DNA from: Octopus bimaculoides | Taxonomy: Eukaryota | NCBI RefSeq assembly: GCF_001194135.2 | Contig: NC_068985.1 | Coordinates: forward strand, 75,075,081-75,139,080 | Length of the DNA: 64,000 nucleotides | Direction: 5' to 3' | Shown here: piece by piece, positions 37,978 through 49,212 of the stretch | How the letters are laid out: each line of letters opens with the position of its first letter | How positions within the stretch are numbered: position 1 is the first letter of the stretch | Notes under the pieces: generated by a model | The model's database searches: none | The model's input: the letters and a program-made list of their open reading frames with translations, nothing else | Told to the model about the DNA's origin: nothing | Position numbers and translations under genes: made by a program

Positions 37978-38002
37978 TTCTGGATAAAAGATGAAAGGAA
38001 GC
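37579..38002. repeat. 29-bp perfect inverted repeat flanking microsatellite/gap
   Basis: GCTTCCTTTCATCTTTTATCCAGAAATTA (37579-607) and its reverse complement (37974-38002). Confidence 0.9.
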
Positions 38003-38547
38003 ACAATTAAATAATTGAATTTAATACAAACCCTGATTGTTGAATTTGAATTATTTTCTCTTCAGTGTTTCTGATTTGTTAGTGCTACAAAGTTTTTTTA
38101 GTGTATTGTTTGATAAAATCATCAAATGAATCTATTATGAGTAAATCTGATATAGGTATTAGTCTTTCGATGATCATTATTTCGTTTTCAGCCTTTTCAC
38201 AATACTTGTCATAGGAAGGAAGGTACTATTTCAAAACATTTCACTCTTGTTCTATTCTTATTTTTCACGATATTCAATAAGGTACGTTATCTGTAATCAC
38301 TTTCCTTCAGAACATAGAAGAAAGATAAATGGCAGTTCTTACATGTTACTTTTTTCAAAAGACTATACAAAAGCCTCCTTGATGATGTACAGGAAATGTA
38401 ACTATAGCTGCTTCAGGTAAAACAAAATTGGTATGTGGTCTCTATCTGAGTACAACGCTCAACATTTTAGTGTGAATATGTCCTGTCAATAGTTGCAAAC
38501 ATCAATAATTGATTTGTAAGAACCAAATACTAGAATTATTGAAATGA

Positions 38548-38598
<51 letters not shown>

Positions 38599-38655
38599 AT
38601 TATTAATATTATTATTATTATTATTATCATCATGATCATCATCATCATCATCATA

Positions 38656-38691
<36 letters not shown>

Positions 38692-38997
38692 TTCACTATT
38701 ATTATTGAGTGAGAGAGCAGTGCATGTCTTATGATTATTATTATTAATATTATTATCATTATTGTCATCATCCTAATCGCCGTCGGTACAACAATATCCC
38801 ACTATCATTTGCTAACAAAAAGATTCTCTCATGTTTGATATAAATTTTGGAGAAAAGAAATATATCATTTAATCACTAAATGTTTGTGAGTTTAATGATA
38901 CAGGTGGTTCTTTAAGTGCATTCAAAGTGTGTAGTAAATCTGATGCTTTCAGTATGTTTTGCTTCCAGTCATCATTGTGTGTGTGTGTATGTGTGTG

Positions 38998-39097
<100 letters not shown>

Positions 39098-40049
39098 ATT
39101 GTGGTTACTTATTCTGGGCTTCACAAAATATGTGCCAGAAAAATATTGATGCCAAGTTTATTGACTACCCTTTCTCCAGAATGTGTGATCTTCTGCTCTC
39201 TTCAAATCATGTTTTCTCTCTAAAATATCAATGTTTCGAAATAATTCCTCAAAACTAAAGAATACTGGAAGCATTCTTAACGAAATGTCAGAAAGTCCAG
39301 ACAAAAGATTTACTGTAAATGACTAAATAAATGTGTAAGCTTTTCGAAAATCCTAAATATAAGTGATTTTATTTTGACAACTGTGAAAATAGAAATATTA
39401 TTTAGAAAAACAGAAATAATAGAAGATGAAGAAAAGGCAGCAATACTTCGCAACTAAAGATAGATGGTGTGAATCTGCTAAGGAAACTTAAATCGTATAA
39501 TGATAAATTTAATGTGATATTAAGAAGATTAGACATTTGTGAGATCCGAACTTAGATCCATGCCAAACTAAATGCCATAACGCATTCTGTTTGGTATTCT
39601 AAAATATTCATCGCATGAATTATTCGTTGAAATGTTTTTTCCATGAATATTCTATTAAATATAAATTTCTTTTCTCTTCTTAATGTCTTAGTATGACGTG
39701 TCTATAACTATAAAATATATCTCTTTTTGTTGATTTTTCATTCATGTACCTTGTTCATAAAATTCTTTTTCCTGTTTACACTTCCTTTAATTATCTATAA
39801 AGCAAATCTGAAGAGAGCGACATAAACACTAAAAAAGAAAGTTGAAAAAGAATGTAAAATGTAAAGCGCATGCAAACTTATCACACAGTTTAAACATATG
39901 CGCGACAGTTATTTGAATTTAGACTGTAATATATTTTCCTTGTATATTTTATATTAGTTACAAATAAGAACGCGACTCATAAAAATGAAATGTGCCTTGT
40001 GTTATGATCAAAGTGACGATAAAAATGTTACAGGACTATTCTAAATAGC

Positions 40050-40620
40050 GTTTAGTGATAAAACATGGCGTAGCTAAGATATTTTACAACTGGAAGTTGG
40101 TCAAATTTCTGTGCGATTAAATAATATAATTAGTTTGATATTACGTTCAAATGCGTTCAACTGAGAATAATTGTTGACGATCTTTGAATTCAATGTAAAT
40201 GCTGGAAAATTATTCCAGTCGTGGAAACAACGCAAGATATTGATATATTTAACCAAAAATATATCCATCACAACAAAATTGCATAGATACATAATATAGT
40301 AATCATGAAAGTAATACTAAAGTTCTGCGGCTTAAATACACTAAAATCAAAATAATCATGAACCATGATCTCATTGAATGTCTTACGGGCTTCCAATCGA
40401 CATTAAACTTGAAAATATAGTTTGCAAGTACGAGACAATAGGCTATTGAGAGAATGCTCGAAAACTTTTATAAGATTTCTTCGAATTGGTTATTAGTTCA
40501 GTACGAACATTGTTGTATCAGAATCAAGGTTTCTAAGAAGTTTCTTAGGTGGTGTTCTGCCAAAAGCATATTTCTTTCTTCGTTTCGGAATCATTGGTAT
40601 TGAAAGACAAATAAAGTTTA
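40050..40620 (-). mobile_element. Possible ancient Penelope-type RT remnant
   Basis: KYINILRCFHDWN...LNAFERNIKL resembles RYxDDxFxxW...LNxxHxxIKF. Weak. Confidence 0.25.
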
Positions 40621-42029
40621 ACGGGTCAAATTAATGTTTTGTAAGTATTACTTTACCGTTACCATAGAGTGGTTTCCAGTAATATTAGCACCACAAAGCT
40701 GCTATTTAGAAAGCGAAACACGTTTTCTTCCTTTGTTTTCGCAAATTACCACAATTTAAGGTTTTATTAAAACACTCTAGAATCTGCTTGTTCTAAAATT
40801 AGTAAAAGTATTTATTACACATGACTCAATTAATGAGAAGTATATTAAAAATTGTCAAATTCTAGAAGATGGGCTGAGAGGTCTAAAAAAGAGCTGAATA
40901 TAACTAGAGCTATATACATAAAATGTCTAAAATAAAGAACTCTCTCAGCAAAATATATTAAAATTCACTCAAGTATCAATGTATGTGGTATTAGCATAAT
41001 ACTTGAACGCAAGAATAATAGATTTTAGAGAAAAAAAATATCTACCATAATAAATATTATATGAATATTTCATGTTACCTATTTATCAAACGGGAATATC
41101 ATTCCTCTTCTGCTGCTTTTAGTATATGTCGGGCGAAAGTGGCATGCTTATAATTTTTGATACAAATAAAATTTAGCAAATTGTTTTTGTAGTCGTTTCA
41201 TTTCTGGCGTCTCAACATTCATCATCACCACTCGAGAAATAATATTCAAACAACCACCTTATAGAGCCGCATCCACAGAGAAACGTCAATTATTTTTCAA
41301 ATAGTCTAAATACTGCATACAAATTAACTTAATACTATGACTTAGGAGAATTATTAATAGTCGTCTAATTTCATATATTTAAACTGTTAATTGTATTTAA
41401 CACTTTCTATAATTGGGAGAAAATAATTTGAATGTTTTTAACACCAATTTGTATCATAAATTTACATAGTTTCAAGATATTTCTCTATATTAGAAGCACA
41501 AATTATTGATTTCTAACATTGGCCCAGATACTAGGTTAGATGACAGAATATATAGTATACTAAATATAAGTATCAAAATACGCAAAGCAGTTATGGCCGA
41601 ATCAGTAGAACGCTAGATGTAATAAAATGTGTCGTGTATGTTACGTTCTTTTAATGGCTTGCTTCCAAATCCACCCGGTTCAACTTGCCTTTTTAAACAT
41701 TTATAAGCATAAGGGGGTTTCAAATGTAGCAGTAAGATAATCTTGGAGATATTAATCGTCTATATGTCTGAAAGTGGTACTCTTAGATAGCTACGGTTTG
41801 CAATTAGCAAAAGATTAAAATTAAATTAGGAATACTTAAAAAGAATAAAATTGAACTTTGCCAAAAGACAGTTTGTGAAACAAAATATGAAATCTATTTT
41901 CGTTATTCTCATAAGAGCTATTAACTTAATTTTTTAAAATCCTCATTTAAGAAACATTTGAGTGGTACAAATGGTAGTTTGAAGTTCAATATCTTCATTC
42001 ACATTCACATCACTTTGGCCAAGTATTGG

Positions 42030-42205
42030 TCTCAAATTTTGTCACAGGGCCAGAAATGTTTGGATGAAGGGGATTGAACATTATATCGAACCCCAATGAA
42101 CAACTTGCATTGTTTTATCGACCTCGGAAGGTTGAATTTGGAATCTGAACATAAAGCGGACGAAATGACACAATGCATTTTGCCCGGCATGCTAACGATT
42201 CTTAA
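42030..42205 (-). mobile_element. SINE-like repeat
   Basis: Reverse complement of the in-window SINE family. Confidence 0.7.
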
Positions 42206-42444
42206 TTTTTTATTATCCATAAGGTCATATATAGAAGGGATAGCACAATGAACTTGAATGATTTTACAAGAAATGCGATTGGGGTCCTTTTAAAAATTCT
42301 AAAAACATATATATTAGGAATGATGATAGGACACAGTAAGACTTAACAGATGGAGTGAAGGCGGGATTATAACGGACCCCACGAACCCCACCCTACCACT
42401 GACTTGGGTCTTTAGACCATATCGCATTAACGGGGAGCATTTCA

Positions 42445-45400
42445 TACCCAACATTCGTGCGACATTCTCCCATCTTTTTCCAAACATGTTTTCAGGGCAA
42501 ACATTTCCTCTCCAGCTCTATTTGCCTTTTTAGGTGGAAGATGAAAACATTCACCAGAATAGGACCAGAGATGAAGGTGCCTGACCTTATTCATTTCATT
42601 CTTGTCCTCCATATAATCCCTCACGGAGTTGCTACTACAGAGAGAAAACAATTCTCACCTTTTTTCGTTAATAAATCCGGTGAGTTAATTTTCACTATAG
42701 ATTCAGTCGACAACTGTACTCTTCCTCCACCTGACATCAGTTGTTCGGCATAAACCTACACGTCAGATACTTCCGGGCACTAAACAATAGCGTGCGGGGT
42801 GGTTTCCTTGTCCCGCCTACATCTTGGACAGATCGGAGTGTCTCGGCCACCGTGTCTTGAGAGTTTATCCCGGAGAGGTAAGGTTCAGCGTTAACACTGC
42901 CATGCCAAAGACTTCCGAATGTACGTTGGAACAGACTGGCCATCTGATTATCGTCAAAACCTAGAGTCTCTCCCAATATATCATTGCTTCAGAACCACTA
43001 CCGCAGGCATTGCCTGAGCGAAGGAAAAGCAGGAGTGCCTCACGACACTCCGTATACCATGTACTCAACTTCGATCTACAATTGAATCAGGTTTTCCCGT
43101 CCACCGAAACTAGTGAGCCTGGGAAACATCTGTTTCGCCAGTGAAGACCACACCTGTTCACCATACAGGTAGATCCACAGGTGCCTCAGCCTCATCGCAT
43201 GTCTGCGCATCAATATCCAAGGCATCCCTAACCCGACATTTAACGGTTATTGACAGCAAATAGAGCGTCTCACAAGCGGTTTTGAGCCATGTCACATGAA
43301 GTGGAAGAGCTGTCTTTCCAGCTTGATCAAACACGAATCAAGGCAAGGCACGACAGTTAGGCGGTATGTGATGACCGATGCGATAAACACATTGGCCACC
43401 TCCGCACTCCCTTTCAGGGATAGCCACCGCCAAGACCACCTCTTGGCAATGTGGCTCACCCTGCTCGATACCTCGGCCCAATTCTTCTCTATTTGGGGGT
43501 TTGGTCCGAGCCAAACTCCTAGCAACTTAATCGGACCCTCCATCTAATGTCGCACGACGCGGTCAGGAGGTATCGAATGCCTCTCCAGGTGCCGAGCTGC
43601 AAGCCGACTGATTTTTTACGATTAACTTTTGTTCGTGCCACCGTCTCGTATTCCTCAATGGCCTTGCTTATCCTAAGTAGGTGAGCCATTTTGGTCACGA
43701 TGATGGTGATGTCATCCGCGTAGGCTGAAACCAACATCTCACAACCTAGCTGTCGTGGAATGTCGCTCAGCTTTCGCAGCACTGGCTCAAGAGCCATCAC
43801 ATAGAAAACCGGGAAGATCGGACATCCTTGACGAACCGAGCGTTTGACGTGGAACGGCTTAGAAAGAAAGACGTTCACCCAAACTACCAAGTCAATGTTG
43901 TCATACATTTGAATGATCCACCTGAGCAAGCCAAGACACAGGCTGAACTGAGCCAGAACGGACACCAGGTAGTGATGGTCGACCCTATCAAAAGCTTTTG
44001 ATTGGTCTAAATCGACCACTGCTCCTCCCTTGCCGGAATCGTTATTAATTCCCTCTATAGCGAATGGTATAAGATGGAGATTATCCTGAATGAAACAGCC
44101 AGGGATGGCACATGTCTGTACTCCCCCGATAAGCCCATCCGCGACACGCGCCAATCTTTTCGATAACATTTTGGCCAATATCTTCAGCTCTGCGTTGAGC
44201 AGAATGATAGGCCTTAACTTATCAATGACACTCTCCTTGCTCGAGTCCTTTCTGACGAGCGTCCCTACTCCCCGGCGTACAGATCTGGGGATGTGCCCGT
44301 TCTGTTGCCAGTTCGCGTAGACACTCGCCAGTATGTGTCCAAACAAGTCCGGAAAACTCTTATGCAGCTCGTAGTGTAGACCATCCAGCCCTGGCGCCTT
44401 ACCCGCATCGCAATCCGCCATGGCCTCTTTTACCTCCTCCGGCGTGATCAGCCCCTCACTACACCTTGCATCCTACCCCGAGAGGTGCGGCATCCCGTCG
44501 AGGAAGCCACTTACGTCCATCCTACACTCCGGCCCACTGCTTCCTCCGAAAAGCTGAGCGAAGTGGTCCTGAAAGACCTCACACATCTCTTCAGGTTCGT
44601 CTATCAACTTACCTTGATGGTTTGTCAAAGATCGAATTGTGGTACCATTGCCACGTTGGGCTTCCACCATTCGGGCCCATCCCGCAGCATTGATTCCTTC
44701 GCAACCTATTTCACGTTGTCTAGCCCTAACAATGCAACCCATGTGTTTGGCTTCGAGGTGTTCGTTTAACACCAGTCTCTTGGCCTCCACCTGAACCGCA
44801 GAGCCAGTTCGCATTGCTTCCTCTAAGACCTTATCTAGAGCTCATTCCCTGCTAGCCTCCCAAGCCACTAAACCTATGCTGTATCTAATAGACTCATATT
44901 TAATGTCTCGCTTGCAAACATAGCACCATTTGTTGTTAATAATAGATCCGGTTAGTGCCCACTGAATTAACATCTTAATCTGGTCCCTGTGCTCCTTCAT
45001 CGCCAAAAGGGACGTATTAAGTTTCCAGTAGTGGGGACCTCTATATAACTTATCTCTGTCGAGCTTACAGGTGACCATCTTGTGATCACTGTAGCTGACC
45101 ATGTGAAACTGTGGACACCTAGCTATCTTCTTATCTACTTTTCTAATTAATACTCTATCTAGATAAGACCTGGAAGATCCATCGCTATTTGCCCATTTCC
45201 ACAATGGAGCATTGAGAAATTACAGTCTGCATGGATCTACCAGCTCAAAACGTCTTTGTAGATCCTAGAAGCAAGCATTACTTCTCCTATTAACGCACGA
45301 ACCAACATAATCTACGCGTGCATCACAGATTGTGCTATAGTCTCCTAGCACAACTAAAGGATGTGATGTAGCAAAAAACATCTGTAGGTTCTGATAATAC

Positions 45401-45762
45401 TCAATTTGCCCTGTATCTTGAGGTGCATAATTGCAACCAGTCTGATAGTCTTACAACGGCTGAACGTCAAGTCAATGACGACCAGCCTACCATTTGGATC
45501 TGCAAAAATCAACTTTTTCTCAGAAACCCGGTTTCTTTTTAATACGACCAATACCCCCCTCCCGCTATGAGGACAGCCAGCACGGAGAGATGAAACTCTC
45601 ATAACCGTCAAACAGCGGGAGCATATCTCTTGGCCCCTTCAACCTGCTGTCTGTGGTAACCACATCTAAATCCCGTGACCTGACATCATTTGGGAGGTAT
45701 CCTTGCTTCCAACTAGACGTCAGGCCACGCACATTTATACATGCAACGTGAATGCTTGACAT
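42445..45762 (-). pseudogene. LINE ORF2 (APE endonuclease + RT + Cys-rich region), disrupted
   Basis: ACINVRGL, DPNGRLVVIDL, SYLDRVL, SDHKMV, YWKLNTSLL, KAPGLDGL, RPIILLN, DQSKAFDRV, SVRQGCP, AYADDI. Confidence 0.9.
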
Positions 45763-45771
45763 GGACTTACC

Positions 45772-47324
45772 TTAGCCAGTGGTACTCTCCTCTTTACTGG
45801 TTCGTGGGGTGATATTCTGACATAGGTCCTCGTACATCGATTTGTTAAAATCAAATCTTAGACGACCCATGTCAGTTGGGTGGTAGTTTTTTAAGATGCA
45901 ATAGTTCATTTTATCTATTTTATAAATGGCAATATTTTCTGGAGTCTTATGATGATGTTTGTAAATTGACGCCGTTGGTATTTGCTTTAACCTTTTTCTT
46001 AATTGTTCGTTGTCATTGTTTATTGCAGTCAGTGTTTCCTTATATTCGTTAGATTTTGTTGGACTTGATATCAGGGACAGATTGCCTGGACTGGTAGTGT
46101 GGGGGGTGATGTCTGGGAGAGGGGTGAAATCCGAACTAGAGGAGCAAGGGACTCATCGGTGAGGGGGAATAGGATGGGGAGGAATCAGATATTGTTGACT
46201 CTTGGGGGAATAGTGGTGGGGTGGAGTAATTTTTCTTTGAGTGTCCTGAGTTTTTCTTTTGATTGTTGTAGGGTTGAGTTGGTTGTTGCTATTATTTTTC
46301 CTTTTTTGGGGGTCTTACTATCGACCAACCGTCTTTTTCCCCGGCTTGTTGAACACCAACAGTGCCGGGGTTCTGCTGGTCGGTCTGTTGGTTTTGTATT
46401 TTTTTTGTTCTTTGTTATCCTCTTCTTCTTTCTCCTTGCGGGTAGGGCAGCTTACCCGAATGTGGCCTTTTTTGCCACATTCGTAGCATCTGGATTTCCT
46501 GCACTCCACCATTACCCGTAAGGTGGTTTCTTCTTCAATATGGATGTTCTCAGTAATTTTGTCTAATATCTGGAGGGCCGCTTGGATTATGATCTCAAGC
46601 CCTTGGCCCCGCCAATTCTGTTGTTGTATTCTGGAAGCTTCAGTCATCTTGATTTTATCCTCAAGTCCCATTAAAAGGGCTGAGATAATCCAGGTAACAT
46701 TTATTTCTGAGGGGATTTCCTCAATAACTATTTTGGATATTCTCCTACCCATTGATAATAAAATCACTTCATTGGTTTTATCAGTTGAAGCGAGTGCTTT
46801 ATAGCCTTTTCCTCATTTTTCAAGTACATCACTAATGTGGTGTATCTTCTCCTTCTGGTCAAGAACTTGATGTCTTGCCAGATGGGTTACATACACTTCT
46901 CGATTTGTTCTTTGGATGCCTTGTCTATTTTCTTGTCTTTTATTATCATTGTCTTATATGTTATCATTTTCCTCTTTGTTTCGTCGATGAATTCGTTAGG
47001 GAGGGTGGCTTTAATATCAGAACGTTCCCTTTCGAACATATCTACGTGTTGCTGCAGTGAATCTAGCTCTATGCTCAATTTATCTTATCTCACACCGGTT
47101 GCGGTAGCAAAATTAATCTTCTTTTGGTTGTCTTCTGTTGGGTTTACTTTTCCGTTATTCATTTTATCGTTTTCACCATTTATTTTTCCTTCTTGGTTCC
47201 TTTTTCCGTTTACCGCATTTATATGGCTTTTGTTCACATTTTCGTTCATTTTGTCTTGTTTTAAAGTTGTTCTTTGGTTAGCTTGGTTAGAGTTATAAGA
47301 CTTGTCCTCCGAATTCAATTTCAC
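45772..47324 (-). pseudogene. LINE ORF1 (gag-like, one CX2CX4HX4C knuckle), disrupted
   Basis: Successive ORF pieces from MKLNSEDK through CYECGKKGHIRVSC into a Lys/Glu/Thr-rich tail. Confidence 0.75.
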
Positions 47325-48582
47325 AAAAATAAATATTTTCGAAGCTATTTTTTTCCAAAAATTATTTCAAAAATTATTATCCCCTCCGTAAGGAGGGGAC
47401 AACAGTCCACTACGTCTGTTAAAACAGAACGTAGAAAAATAAGAAAAGTTCAAACTTTAACAATGAAAGGCAACAATAACAATAAATAATAATAACAATT
47501 ACTAACCAAATTCTCACAAAGACATTAACCTTACGATTCTGCCTGATAGCTCCCTTAACTTTATTCAGATGTTGTCTCTAAGAGAGTCAATGGGACGAGT
47601 ACCCTCTTATTCAAAGTCGGTGGTAAAGGAGATTTTGCTGACGTCCATCGAATGTTCTTTGTCTTGAGTGGAAAACTTAATTTATCACCCAGCTTAGTGC
47701 TACAAGCTTTTCTCACTATTTGACGCAATCGGACCAGGTTTCCAATCTAATTGTAACCCATAGATTTAGTAGATTCACCAATCTCTCTTCTCATCATTCT
47801 CAAATGCAAATGAAAGTACAAGCTTATTGGTGCATGATTTCAATATTTCTCTCGAGGAATCCTCTTTTCTCTATGCTCAAATGTTACGCTTTTATCTTAT
47901 ACGCAAGGCAATATTGATATGATTTAATTTTCCGGCGAGCGTGGTATATTACGAGTAGGGTATTGTTGCTTCAGAACTATGTATATACTATGTATATGTG
48001 CGAAAGCAGAACAAATTAACATTTAAGATAAATAAACTGGTTGTTTTATTTATAAATCTGAAGCGCTAACTTAATCTCTGTCTACACTAATGTGTGTATA
48101 TTTCTCTATGTGTTTACCTGTGTCCATTATATTGTGTATGTTTCTAGTATCATCACGAAAGAAGAATTTAATAAATGGTAATGTTATTCTGGAGAGACTG
48201 TATATTCTTTTATTTTCCTATAGCAACTGGCTTCAGTGAAAGCAATAACTTAGCAAATTGTCGCCCATGGTAATTTCTGAACTGTACGTTTAATTTCAAG
48301 CTAAAAATAAGCGTTATTAAAATTATCCTGGATTGTTTTATTAGCGCGGCTCGCCAGATGATGAGTCATGTTTCATGTGGCCGATTCTTAGAAAAATGTT
48401 GCTATAGCAAGAATCATTTCGTGGAGGCTAACCTCCTAACCCTCTGCCAAATAGGGCGAATGCTTCTCGTACAAAAAGATATATTACACCTGAATATGCC
48501 TTCAATTTGATATAGGTTTTCGTATTTTACAAACGTTCTAAACGGATCGTTATGAAATGACTGCAAAGTTTCAGACATAAAT

Positions 48583-49212
48583 GTTATTAGATATTTTCAG
48601 TCCCTATATGCATCTGATAAAAGAAACAGACACACCAAAAGGTCGTCCAATTTATACATAACACTTCTGAGTGTGAATCAAATTGTTGATTACAATAGAA
48701 TGTGCTAACAATTATATTATTACAATTACTTCTGTCAATGTAACTGTGCTATCTTACACCCACAAGACACTTAAGACTATCAGGAAAATAATGTACAGCA
48801 TAGCAAGGTAACTTATTTCGCCTCCACCTTTGTGGTGACAGTTACTTGAAGGAAATTATGAATTAACTTCTAAAGTATTAATTAGACTTTAAATCTAACT
48901 GTTATTAGATATTTTCTGCTCCTATTTGCAACTGATAAACGTAACAGACACACCGAAATGTCTTCAAATTTATACATAGCACTTGTGAGTGTGAATCAAA
49001 TTGTTAATTACAATAGAATGTGCCAACAATTATATTATCACAATTACTTCTATCAATGTAACTGTGCTATCTTACACCCATAAGACAATTAAGACTATCA
49101 GGAGAATAATGTAGAGCATAGCAAGGTATCTTATTTCGCCTCCATCTTCGTGGTGACAGTTTCCTGAATGAAATTATGAATTAACTCCTAAAATATTAAT
49201 TACACTTTATAA
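48583..49212. repeat. Two-copy tandem duplication, 318-bp unit
   Basis: 48583-48900 aligns end to end with 48901-~49212, with scattered substitutions. Confidence 0.95.

Larger units (their letters stand above)
42350..47470 (-). mobile_element. Near-full-length Tx1/L1-like LINE (5' UTR, ORF1, ORF2, short 3' UTR), frameshifted
   Basis: ORF1 and ORF2 lie in the expected order over ~5.1 kb; see the sub-features. Confidence 0.92.

Noticed and set aside
38311-38416. AG...GT-bounded 106-nt segment with one open frame
   Set aside because: Weak donor (GTAAAA) and no recognisable peptide.
48583-49212. CRISPR-like or exon-duplication reading of the tandem repeat
   Set aside because: It has two long units with no spacers in a eukaryotic context, and acceptor signals are poor. 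No CRISPR array is seen anywhere in the window.
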